From Parcubacteria group bacterium (GTDB taxonomy: Bacteria > Patescibacteriota > Minisyncoccia > Moranbacterales > UBA11712), in NCBI GenBank assembly GCA_041659685.1, contig JBAZXV010000009.1:1-53789 (forward strand): a DNA stretch of 53,789 bases. Direction: 5' to 3'. Positions 26,357 through 35,022 of this stretch are shown here, piece after piece. Each line of letters opens with the position of its first letter. Position 1 is the first letter of the stretch. The translations under genes were made by a program, and so were the position numbers. A model generated the notes under the pieces. That model made no database searches. It was given only the letters and a program-made list of their open reading frames with translations, and was not told the origin of the DNA.

Positions 26357-27244
26357 ATGCGTAAACTTTACGAAACCTGGCCGTTTAATTTCGGAGCCAT
26401 CCATAAACAGGATTTTAAGAAAGCAAAAGTGGTTATTGCTCCGGTTCCCTATGACGCTACATCCTCGTTTAAAGGGGGAATGCGCGAGGGGCCTTACGCG
26501 ATTATCGGGAATTCGCGCTATGTCGATGAACTTTTAGAGGACGCGAGCGGGGAAAAACTGACTGGGCTAAAAACCACCGACATCTTTACTATGGACGAAA
26601 TTGTAGTGAGCCGAAATTCGGCGAAAGAGGCAATCGATGGCGTAGAACAGGCGATTTTTGATGAAATAGTAAAGCATGGGAAAATCCCGTTGATGCTGGG
26701 CGGAGAGCATTCAATCACTTTTGGCGCCGTTAGAGCTCTTCGAAAAAGATACAAGGAATTATCGGTTCTGCAATTTGACGCGCATACAGATCTTATGAGC
26801 GAGTACGAAGGCAGTAAATATTCGCATGCCTCGGTAATGCGGCGCATATTGGAGCAAAGAGTCCCGGCTGTCCAGATCGGAATCAGGAATATGAACACGG
26901 AAATCGAGGAGTACCTCGAAAAAAATCCTAAGCAGGAGAAGAATATTTATTTTGCTCCCGGCCTGCCGGATGTGAACGAGGTCGCGGATAAACTGACGAA
27001 AAACGTTTATCTCACGTTTGATCTTGATGCGTTTGATACTTCGATTATGCCTTCAGTCGGGACGCCGGAACCGGGGGGACTGCTCTGGAAGGAAACGGTC
27101 GGATTTATAAAAAATATTTCAAAGAAAGTGAATATCGTAGGGGCGGATGTGGTTGAGCTCATGCCTATTCCCGGTCTTCATGCGCCTGATTTTTTGGCAG
27201 CCAAGCTGGTCTACGAAATAATCAAAACTATTTTGGCGAAATAA
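26357..27244 (+). CDS. speB: Agmatinase or other arginase-family ureohydrolase
   Basis: GGEHSIT, FDAHTDL and the DLDAFD metal-ligand motifs, plus GTPEPGG. Confidence 0.88.
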   Translation: MRKLYETWPFNFGAIHKQDFKKAKVVIAPVPYDATSSFKGGMREGPYAIIGNSRYVDELLEDASGEKLTGLKTTDIFTMDEIVVSRNSAKEAIDGVEQAIFDEIVKHGKIPLMLGGEHSITFGAVRALRKRYKELSVLQFDAHTDLMSEYEGSKYSHASVMRRILEQRVPAVQIGIRNMNTEIEEYLEKNPKQEKNIYFAPGLPDVNEVADKLTKNVYLTFDLDAFDTSIMPSVGTPEPGGLLWKETVGFIKNISKKVNIVGADVVELMPIPGLHAPDFLAAKLVYEIIKTILAK

Positions 27245-27253
27245 AATATTTGA

Positions 27254-27844
27254 ATGGCGAATAAAAATTTTGATAAGGGATATTTCAGCTCCGGTTCATA
27301 CAAAGACTATAAGAAAGAAGCTGAGAGATGGGTGCCGAAAACAGCCGGAAAGATAGACAAAATTATCGGCAACAAGCCGATGAGAATTTTGGATGTCGGT
27401 TGCGCTCATGGATATTTGATCGCGGAGCTTCAGAATAAATACGGCCATTCGGTGCGGGGAATTGATTCTTCATCTTTCGCCGTGAAAAAATCCGATGCTT
27501 CTGTGAGGGAAAAAATATCGCAAGGAGACATTCTCCGTTTGCCGTTTAAAAAAAATAATTTTGATGTTGCGATTTGTCTTGATGTGATAAACTATTTAAA
27601 TGAAGAGGAGATTTCGAAAGCTGTGCGCAATCTTGCGAATACGGCAAAGAAATACATTTTTTTTGGAGCGATATTCAAGCGCTCGTGGACGGCCAGCCAA
27701 AAATGGAATCCTGATAAACTTCGAAAAAGCGTTCTCTCGAAAAAGGGATATACCGGGATATTTCGGGAAAACGGAGCAAAATTCGCGGGAAGTTTTGACG
27801 GGGATAATGGCGGCGCGATTTTAGTGTTCGAGAAAAAAAGATAG
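27254..27844 (+). CDS. Class I SAM-dependent methyltransferase
   Basis: Motif I ILDVGCAHGYL and motif II FDVAICLDVINYL. Confidence 0.8.
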   Translation: MANKNFDKGYFSSGSYKDYKKEAERWVPKTAGKIDKIIGNKPMRILDVGCAHGYLIAELQNKYGHSVRGIDSSSFAVKKSDASVREKISQGDILRLPFKKNNFDVAICLDVINYLNEEEISKAVRNLANTAKKYIFFGAIFKRSWTASQKWNPDKLRKSVLSKKGYTGIFRENGAKFAGSFDGDNGGAILVFEKKR

Positions 27845-27906
27845 CTCCAAAATATTTTTTAATTTTTCGGGGAGGAGAAATTAAGTGTAATTATAATAAA
27901 AAACAA

Positions 27907-29205
27907 ATGCCCAATTCTGAAGGATCGAAAAATTTCCTTTTTGTCTCGTGGATCGCCCTTAACGGCGATCTGGCCTGGAAGGTCAAAAAGGAAGGCCATA
28001 ACGTAAAATATTATATAGACGAAAAAGACGAGTCAGATGTTTATGACGGCCTTTTGGAAAAGGTGGAAAAATGGCAGGAGCACATTGATTGGGCGGATAT
28101 TGTTATTTTTGATGATACGGGTTTTGGGGAGATAGCGGAGAAACTGAGAAAAAAAGGAAAACTTGTCGTTGGCGGAACGATCTATACCGATCGGACGGAG
28201 GAAGACCGGGAATTCGGGCAGGGAGAAATGAAAAAATTCGGAATGAATATTTTACCCAATTATAATTTTTCGAATTTTGACGAGGCTTTGGAATTCCTTC
28301 GAAAAAATCCCGGACGCTATGTTTTCAAACCTAATGGCAAAGCGGCAGACGAAAAAAACCTGCTTTTCATAGGTGAAGAGGACGACGGAAAGGATATGAT
28401 TGAAATTTTGGAGGACAACAAAGACTTTCTTGCGGAAAAAATTGACAGTTTCCAGCTGCAAAAGTTTGTGGCCGGAGTGGAAATTGCAACCGGAGCCTTT
28501 TTCAACGGAAAAAAATTCGTTCATCCGATAAATATTAATTTCGAGCACAAAAGGCTGTTTCCGGGAGATCAGGGGCCTTTTACGGGAGATATGGGAGCGC
28601 TGATGTACTGGACGGCTCCGAATGCGATTTATAACAGCACGCTTTTGAAGATGGAAAGTGTTCTCGCTGAGCACGGATATGTCGGTTATTATGACATCAA
28701 CTGCATTGTGAACGGCCGGGGAATATATCCTCTTGAATTCACTGCTCGCTTCGGATATCCGACAATCAGCACCCAGGTGGAAGGAATTACCGAACCAATG
28801 GGAGAACTTCTTTTTAAGTTAGCCAGAGGAGAAGATTTTGAAATAAAGACAAAAAGGGGATTTCAGATCGGAGTAGTCCTGGCGGTTCCGCCCTATCCCT
28901 TTTACAGCGAAGAAATTTTTTCGGTATATAAGGGATCGTCGATTCTTTTCAAGAACAACGGGAGCAGTTTGGAAGGAATTAATTGGGGAGACGTAAAAAT
29001 GGTTGACGGGGTATTGAAGCTGGCGGGAGAATCGGGTTATGCGCTGATTGTCACCGGTTCCGGAATCACAGTGGAGGAAGCAAGGAAACAGGCTTATCAC
29101 CGCATAAAAAATGTCCGTCTCCACGACATGTTTTATCGCGTGGATGTCGGAACCCGCTGGTTTCAGGACAGCGACAAGCTGCAATCCTGGGGATATATAC
29201 AGTAA
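27907..29205 (+). CDS. Divergent PurD-like ATP-grasp ligase
   Basis: YVFKPNGKAA, QKFVAGVE, EHKRLFPGDQGPFTGDMGA (compare PurD DHKR..GD.GPNTGGMG) and LEFTARFGYPT (compare PurD EFN.RFGDPE). The N-terminal GSGGREHA loop is not conserved. Confidence 0.7.
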   Translation: MPNSEGSKNFLFVSWIALNGDLAWKVKKEGHNVKYYIDEKDESDVYDGLLEKVEKWQEHIDWADIVIFDDTGFGEIAEKLRKKGKLVVGGTIYTDRTEEDREFGQGEMKKFGMNILPNYNFSNFDEALEFLRKNPGRYVFKPNGKAADEKNLLFIGEEDDGKDMIEILEDNKDFLAEKIDSFQLQKFVAGVEIATGAFFNGKKFVHPININFEHKRLFPGDQGPFTGDMGALMYWTAPNAIYNSTLLKMESVLAEHGYVGYYDINCIVNGRGIYPLEFTARFGYPTISTQVEGITEPMGELLFKLARGEDFEIKTKRGFQIGVVLAVPPYPFYSEEIFSVYKGSSILFKNNGSSLEGINWGDVKMVDGVLKLAGESGYALIVTGSGITVEEARKQAYHRIKNVRLHDMFYRVDVGTRWFQDSDKLQSWGYIQ

Positions 29206-29210
29206 AGTTT

Positions 29211-29252
29211 AAAATGCAAAAATCAAAATGAAAAATTCGGGTATCGCTTCGC
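29211..29252. repeat. AAAATGCAAAAATCAAAATGAAAAATTC + GGGTATCGCTTCGC element (family B, with the family C tail)
   Basis: It starts 6 nt after the ATP-grasp gene stop. Compare 23849-23875 and 42972-43008. Confidence 0.7.
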
Positions 29253-29352
29253 AATTTAATTTTCATAGTTTATATTCGATACAAAGCAAAGTCGGGCAGA
29301 CAAAATTTTCTATAAAATTTTTATTTCTGAAAATTATTATTAAAGTAAAATA

Positions 29353-29880
29353 ATGATTACAACGCAAACCATCAAATTAACCAAAATAAAAGAAGCCGTT
29401 TTTGCGGTTGCCTTTACGGCGCTCGCGGTTTATGTTCCGGTTTTGCTTCACTACTTTGGCGGAGCGGATGCCGGGAGAAAATTCTTGCCAATGCCTTTTT
29501 TTGTCATTCTTGCCGGCCTTCTTTTGGGTTGGCGGGCGGGACTTGTCGCCGGGATTGCCAGTCCGATCATAAGCTATCTCGTTTCAGGCATGCCTGTGGC
29601 GAATATTTTGCCCTTTGTCACGGTCCAGCTTTGTCTTTATGGTTTCATGGCCGGTATTTTGAAAATGCGGTTCAGCGCCTGGATTTCCATAGCAGGGGCG
29701 CTTCTCTCCGGTCTCTTGGCGGGCGGAATTTCCGTTTTTCTTTTTTCCAAGATGAGCGCGACAGCATTCACTTTAAGCGCGGCGAGAGACGGATGGATCG
29801 GGATGGCAATTCAGCTTCTTTTCCTCCCTTTGATTATGTTCTTTCTTCAAAAATATCTTTCCGATGAAAAAAGCATATAA
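29353..29880 (+). CDS. Small polytopic membrane protein, possibly an ECF-transporter S component
   Basis: Five or six TM helices, and the LPMPFFVILAG..G..G pattern seen in ECF substrate-capture subunits. This is resemblance only. Confidence 0.4.
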   Translation: MITTQTIKLTKIKEAVFAVAFTALAVYVPVLLHYFGGADAGRKFLPMPFFVILAGLLLGWRAGLVAGIASPIISYLVSGMPVANILPFVTVQLCLYGFMAGILKMRFSAWISIAGALLSGLLAGGISVFLFSKMSATAFTLSAARDGWIGMAIQLLFLPLIMFFLQKYLSDEKSI

Positions 29881-30262
29881 TCTTGACTATTTTTCAGGAA
29901 AGTCCTGGTCTTTTGTCTTGATAAAAAAAGGAAAAATAGTTTATCGTTCAAAGGCGGATCGCCTTAAACCGCTGATTGATTGCATAAGAAAATTCAAGAA
30001 GGAGATGAGGGGAGCCAAAGTTTTTGACAAGGTTATCGGCCGGGCGGCGGCGATACTTTTTTCTTACGCTAAAGTGGGCGAAGTTTGGACGCCGGTCATT
30101 AGTCAGGGCGGAAAGAGAATCCTGCGTAAGAACAATATAAGAGTGGATTACAAGCGGGAAGTTGATAACATCAGGAATCAAAAGGGTGATGATTTGTGCC
30201 CGATGGAGAAAATGAGCCTTGAAAAAGGCGATAAAATAATAAAGATCCTGCTCGGAAAATAA
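29864..30262 (+). CDS. DUF1893 (TM1506-like) protein
   Basis: DKVIGRAAAIL and the C-terminal CPME pattern typical of the family. It overlaps the upstream gene by 17 nt. Confidence 0.55.
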   Translation: MKKAYNLDYFSGKSWSFVLIKKGKIVYRSKADRLKPLIDCIRKFKKEMRGAKVFDKVIGRAAAILFSYAKVGEVWTPVISQGGKRILRKNNIRVDYKREVDNIRNQKGDDLCPMEKMSLEKGDKIIKILLGK

Positions 30263-30322
30263 TCTTAATGCTCCAAAAATAAATTAGGCATATTGGAGCG
30301 GCTTAATAATTAAACTTAAACA

Positions 30323-30688
30323 ATGAATATCCGCTATCTTTATAACGAAGTCAACGCCGACGAGAGAACCAAAGATTATGTTACTGAAAAAGTGGAAAAG
30401 CTGGAAAAATTTTTTGAGTCTTTGCGCGAAGACGCGGAAGTATCAGCCGAGGTTGAAATTGAGCTTGATAAAAAAGGAAAATTCCGGGTGGAAGTAATGC
30501 TGCGCACGCCTTATCAGGATTATCGCAGTGAAGACACGACTGAATCAATCGAGGGATCCATTGACAGCGTCTATGAAAGCCTCGAATCGCAAATTGAAAG
30601 AGACAAAGACAGGATCGCGACTCTTCGCCGCCGCGGAGGACGCTCCATCAAGAAAAAAATGGTGGTGGACGAGGGAGCGCGCTTCTGA
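30323..30688 (+). CDS. hpf: Ribosome hibernation factor (RaiA/HPF family, short form)
   Basis: Size and the pattern ..T..L..YV..K..KL.KFF, then an acidic helix. This is a family resemblance. Confidence 0.65.
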   Translation: MNIRYLYNEVNADERTKDYVTEKVEKLEKFFESLREDAEVSAEVEIELDKKGKFRVEVMLRTPYQDYRSEDTTESIEGSIDSVYESLESQIERDKDRIATLRRRGGRSIKKKMVVDEGARF

Positions 30689-30789
30689 GGGGGGGCGAAC
30701 TCAAAATTCGAAAATCAAAATGTCCGCCTGCTTCGGATTGCTCATATCGAAGTCTTGGCTGGCAAGATAACCATTTACTTATTTCAAAT

Positions 30790-32589
30790 ATGCCAAAAAT
30801 ACGTCAAAGCAATTCGGGCGGACAAATTTTTGGTGTCGCTTCGCGACGTATTATTTTTGAATATATTTTTAACAGTTTTAAGATTTTAGCTGTAGTTTTT
30901 GGTTTTGCAATTTACGCCTTGAGTTTCAGTCTTACTTATGCGCAAAATTCGCCTGGCGCGGAAAAAATAACAAACTTCACAGGGGAAATTAAAGTCAATG
31001 CCGACAGTGCGATTGATGTCCGGGAAAATATCCAATATGATTTCGGCGAAAGCCAAAAGCACGGTATTTTCCGGTTTATTCCGGTGAAATACAAGGCGCG
31101 GGGCGGAAATTTCAACCTGAGAATATCTGATATCAGCGTGACGGATGAAGCCGGAATGCCTCAAAATTTTACGATCTCTTATCCCGGAAATGACATTGAG
31201 ATAAAAATCGGTGACGCGGACAAACTTGTGAGCGGAACTAAAAATTATGAGATAAGTTACACAGTCCGACGGGCAATAAATTATTTTCCGGATCACGACG
31301 AGCTTTATTGGAATTTTACGGGAGACCAATGGCAGGTTCCGATCGAAGGAGCTTCGGTGAGCGTTATTCTCCCCGGGAGCGCCAAGGAAAATCTCCAGTA
31401 TAAATGCTATGAGGGGGCATACGGCAGCGCCAATGAATGCGAAGCCAGCGCTAAAGATAATGCGCTGGAATACAATTCAGCGGGAACCCTTAATCCGGAC
31501 GAGGGCATGACGATTGTCGCGGGCTGGCCGAAGGGAATTACGCCGGAGCCGACGCTATTTCAAAAAATTTGGGATACCGCGAAAGATAACTGGACTCTTT
31601 TTACTCCGATTGTAGTCTTCATTCTAATGTATCGTATCTGGAGAAAAAGGGGACGCGATCCAAGGGGACGAGGGACTATAATCGCCCAATACGAATCTCC
31701 CGACAAATTGGCTCCGGCTGAAATCGGAACGATGATGGACGGATCGGCGGATAATCAGGATGTTTCTTCGACGATTATCGATCTTGCCGTACGCGGATTT
31801 TTAAGGATAAAAAGAACGGAAGAAAGAGGTTTTTTGGGGACAAAAAGCGCCGAGTATGCCTTCATCAGGCTCAAGGAGGAAGAGCCGGAGAGAGATTTTG
31901 AAAAGGAAGTGATGAAAGGAGTGTTCGACGGTGAAAAAGAAAAAAAATTGAGCGACCTGAAAAATAAATTCTATAAGACCCTTGCAACGGTCAAGGGTCA
32001 GCTATATAAAGATGTTACGGATAAGGGATATTATGCAGCAAATCCGAATAATGTCAGGGTTGGCTGGCTTGCTGGAAGCATAATTGCCGGAATTTTTTTG
32101 ACGGTTGTTTTCGGCAATCTTCAGGGGGCGTGGGGAGCGCTCAGTGGGATTGCTTCCACGGCGGTCGCCGTTATATTCGGATGGCTTATGCCGGCGGTGA
32201 CAAAAAAAGGCGCTGAGCTGAAGGAAAATATTCTCGGCTTCAAAGATTTTCTCTCCGTCACCGAAACGGACCGGCTGAAATTTCACAACGCTCCCGAAAA
32301 AAATCCCCAGATGTTTGAGAAGCTTTTGCCCTACGCGATGGTTTTGGGGGTTGAAAAAGAGTGGGCGAAACAATTTGAAGGTATTTATAAAGAGCAGCCC
32401 GATTGGTATCAGGATTCATCGGGACGGGCGTTTAATGCTATTCTTCTGGGCAGCATGCTTTCCGATTTTTCAAGCTCTGCCGTGGGGGCGATGGCCAGCC
32501 AGCCGTCATCGGCTGCCGGCGGCGGCAGTGGATTTTCCGGCGGAGGAGGCGGAGGAGGATTCGGCGGGGGAGGCGGCGGAAGCTGGTAA
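30790..32589 (+). CDS. DUF2207 membrane protein with a poly-Gly C-terminus
   Basis: Signal-like FGFAIYALSFSLTYA, an extracellular beta-rich domain, three TM helices, and the terminal GGGSGFSGGGGGGGFGGGGGGSW typical of DUF2207. Confidence 0.7.
   Translation: MPKIRQSNSGGQIFGVASRRIIFEYIFNSFKILAVVFGFAIYALSFSLTYAQNSPGAEKITNFTGEIKVNADSAIDVRENIQYDFGESQKHGIFRFIPVKYKARGGNFNLRISDISVTDEAGMPQNFTISYPGNDIEIKIGDADKLVSGTKNYEISYTVRRAINYFPDHDELYWNFTGDQWQVPIEGASVSVILPGSAKENLQYKCYEGAYGSANECEASAKDNALEYNSAGTLNPDEGMTIVAGWPKGITPEPTLFQKIWDTAKDNWTLFTPIVVFILMYRIWRKRGRDPRGRGTIIAQYESPDKLAPAEIGTMMDGSADNQDVSSTIIDLAVRGFLRIKRTEERGFLGTKSAEYAFIRLKEEEPERDFEKEVMKGVFDGEKEKKLSDLKNKFYKTLATVKGQLYKDVTDKGYYAANPNNVRVGWLAGSIIAGIFLTVVFGNLQGAWGALSGIASTAVAVIFGWLMPAVTKKGAELKENILGFKDFLSVTETDRLKFHNAPEKNPQMFEKLLPYAMVLGVEKEWAKQFEGIYKEQPDWYQDSSGRAFNAILLGSMLSDFSSSAVGAMASQPSSAAGGGSGFSGGGGGGGFGGGGGGSW
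30828..30845. repeat. TTTTGGTGTCGCTTCGCG element (family C), copy inside the annotated 5' end of the DUF2207 ORF
   Basis: 18-mer identical to 42991-43008, with further flanking similarity. The two copies are read in different frames. Confidence 0.75.
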
Positions 32590-32934
32590 AATCAGAAATA
32601 AAATATTAGTAAAGGGATTGCATATTTTTGCTTAAAAATAATAAAATTCGTTGACGGCCGCGGAATGGGATGAATTATAAATTTGGTTTAAAGCTTCGAA
32701 AAATGTTTCGAGGTAATATTTTGTCTAAATTCTGTATTTCTGCTAAAATTCTTTAGTCGCCGCGGCATAATTTGCCGCGGGGTAAAAAATGAATAGGCAA
32801 CCCCAGGGCCGCTAAGACTGGATGGGGTATTAACCATTTTAATGTCGTTGCTTGCTCGCCTGCCTGCCGGTAGGCAGGGAAATGAAAGTAAATTTTCATT
32901 TCGCTCGCTTCGTTCGGTAAAAAATCAGCGCAAT

Positions 32935-33972
32935 ATGAAAGAATATTATCAACCCAAAAGAAAGAAAAAAAGATTTGCGGCGTTTGTCTTTGCCGTTTTT
33001 ATTGTCGTTTTGGCTATTTTTTGGCTCCGCCATCAGATTTATTTTTCCCATGGAACAGGGGATATGTCTCAAACTTTTGAAATCACGAGCGGAGAGCGAA
33101 CGGCAGAAATTTCAAAACGGCTTGAAGAAAAAGGCCTTATAGAGAACGATCTTTATTTTAACTATTATATCTGGAAGACAAACAGTAAGGGAAAAATTCA
33201 AGCCGGGAAATACGAACTTCGCGGATCGATGACAATTCCGGAAGTTGTGCAAGTGCTTTCTCTCGGAGAGATTATTTCTGATGAAGTAAAAGTTACTTTT
33301 CCGGAGGGCCTAAACGCCAGAAAAATGGCCAAAATTTTGCAGGAGAAAAGTTTTGACGCGGACGAATTTTTGAGTAAATCTGATTGCGGCTGCGGAGTAA
33401 AGACGGATTATGAATTTCTTGCAGACAAGCCCGAAAAGGCAAGTCTCGAAGGCTTCCTATTTCCGGATACCTATATTTTCTTTAAGGATGCAAGTGCGGC
33501 AAACATAATCAACAGGATGCTTCTCAATTTTGACGAAAAGTTAAATTCAGATATGAGACTTGAGATAGAGAAAGGGGGAAAAACGGTTTTTGAAATTGTC
33601 ACAATGGCAAGTATTCTTGAGAAAGAAGTGAAAACTCCCGAGGACATGAAAATCGCGAGCGGGATTTTCTGGGACAGAATAGGATATGGAATGCCTCTTC
33701 AAAGCTGTGCCACAGTCGCCTATGTTCTCGGAGAAGAAAAAAAGCAGTATTCCTACGATGACACCAGAACGCCTTCGCCTTATAACACCTATATTAATAA
33801 AGGCCTTCCGCCCGGACCGATCGACAATCCCGGACTGAGCGCAATTCGGGCCGCGATATACCCGGAAAAAAGCGACTATAATTATTTTCTTACTGATCCA
33901 GAAACCGGAAAAACAATTTTTTCCAAAACCATCGAAGAGCACAACGCGAATAAGGACAAATATGGGCTATGA
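32935..33972 (+). CDS. mltG: Endolytic murein transglycosylase MltG (YceG-like)
   Basis: N-terminal TM anchor, FPEG, EGFLFPDTY and ASILEKE motifs. I start at the ATG at 32935, because the track ORF start at 32842 crosses GC-rich hairpins. Confidence 0.85.
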   Translation: MKEYYQPKRKKKRFAAFVFAVFIVVLAIFWLRHQIYFSHGTGDMSQTFEITSGERTAEISKRLEEKGLIENDLYFNYYIWKTNSKGKIQAGKYELRGSMTIPEVVQVLSLGEIISDEVKVTFPEGLNARKMAKILQEKSFDADEFLSKSDCGCGVKTDYEFLADKPEKASLEGFLFPDTYIFFKDASAANIINRMLLNFDEKLNSDMRLEIEKGGKTVFEIVTMASILEKEVKTPEDMKIASGIFWDRIGYGMPLQSCATVAYVLGEEKKQYSYDDTRTPSPYNTYINKGLPPGPIDNPGLSAIRAAIYPEKSDYNYFLTDPETGKTIFSKTIEEHNANKDKYGL

Positions 33973-34031
33973 TACGATAAGATTGTTAAATAAATTCATA
34001 ATTCATATTTCATAAATCCTAATTCAAAAAT

Positions 34032-34988
34032 ATGAAAATCGATCCCCATGTCCATTGCCGGGACGGCAAACAGTCATACAAAGAAACAATCGCGCATGCT
34101 TTTTCTGTGGCCGACGCGCAGGGCGTCCAAAAGATATTCGATATGCCGAACACCGATCCGCCCATTACGACCGAAGAGCATATCATCGAACGCTTGAAGC
34201 TGGTTCCGAAAGAGAGAATAGACGATTATTTTATCTGGATCGGGATTACTTCGGACGAAAAACAAATAAAGGAAGCGGTAAAATGCTTTGAGAATTATAA
34301 AAATGTCATCGGTCTCAAGATGTTTGCCGGAAAATCAGTCGGAGACCTCACGGTTCTTGAAAAAGAGGATCAGAAAAAAGTTTATCAAACGCTGGCTGAA
34401 ATTGGCTACAAAGGCGCCATTGCCGTTCACTGCGAGAAAGAGAGTTTGTTGGAAGGGGATATTTGGGATCCGGAAAAGCCGGTAACTCATTCACTGAGCC
34501 GGCCCAATGCCGCTGAAATAGAATCAGTGCGGGATCAGATTGAGCTTGCAAAAGGCGTGAAATTTTCAGGCACACTGCATATTTGCCATATAACTTGTCC
34601 AGAAGCGGTGGAACTCGTGGATGAAGCCAGAAAAGAAATTTCGATAACTTGCGGAGTGACGCCCCATCATGCGCTGTGGGACGAAGAAATGCAAAATCGG
34701 CCCGATGGATTGCTATACAAAATGAATCCGCCGCTTAGAAATAAAAAGACTGTCGAGAAGCTTCGTGAATGCATAAAAGACGGAAAAATAGACTGGATTG
34801 AAACTGATTATGCCCCGCACCAGGTGGGCGAGAAAATGTTCCCGCCGTTCATGTCCGGCTATCCGTCGCTTTGCCTTTACAAGGATTTTGTGGAAGATTT
34901 CTTGCCAGGTCTTGGAGTGAGCGCGGAACTCATTGAAAAAATGACCTATGGAAATATTTGGAAAATTTTTGAGGAGAAATTGAAATAA
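34032..34988 (+). CDS. Dihydroorotase-like amidohydrolase (short form)
   Basis: DPHVHCRDG, DMPNTDPP, AVHCE, HICHIT and the ETDYAPH metal-ligand pattern. Confidence 0.7.
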   Translation: MKIDPHVHCRDGKQSYKETIAHAFSVADAQGVQKIFDMPNTDPPITTEEHIIERLKLVPKERIDDYFIWIGITSDEKQIKEAVKCFENYKNVIGLKMFAGKSVGDLTVLEKEDQKKVYQTLAEIGYKGAIAVHCEKESLLEGDIWDPEKPVTHSLSRPNAAEIESVRDQIELAKGVKFSGTLHICHITCPEAVELVDEARKEISITCGVTPHHALWDEEMQNRPDGLLYKMNPPLRNKKTVEKLRECIKDGKIDWIETDYAPHQVGEKMFPPFMSGYPSLCLYKDFVEDFLPGLGVSAELIEKMTYGNIWKIFEEKLK

Positions 34989-35022
34989 ATTTCAATATCC
35001 AACGCTAAAACGAAAATAAATC

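Noticed and set aside
23849-29252. A CRISPR array among the recurring AT-rich intergenic motifs
   Set aside because: The copies are kilobases apart and separated by genes. They are not regularly spaced, and no cas genes are present.
32760-32830. A c-di-AMP (ydaO-type) riboswitch upstream of mltG
   Set aside because: The context is suggestive, but I cannot match the conserved ydaO sequence blocks by eye. I report it only as an unassigned structured leader.
32842-32934. N-terminal extensions of track ORFs at 32842 (mltG), 14115 (rnc), 18329 (trmD), 42984 (GT2) and 40579 (PP2C-like)
   Set aside because: The extensions run through repeat elements or GC-rich hairpins and encode non-protein-like sequence. 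In each case an internal ATG begins the conserved N-terminus or TM anchor.
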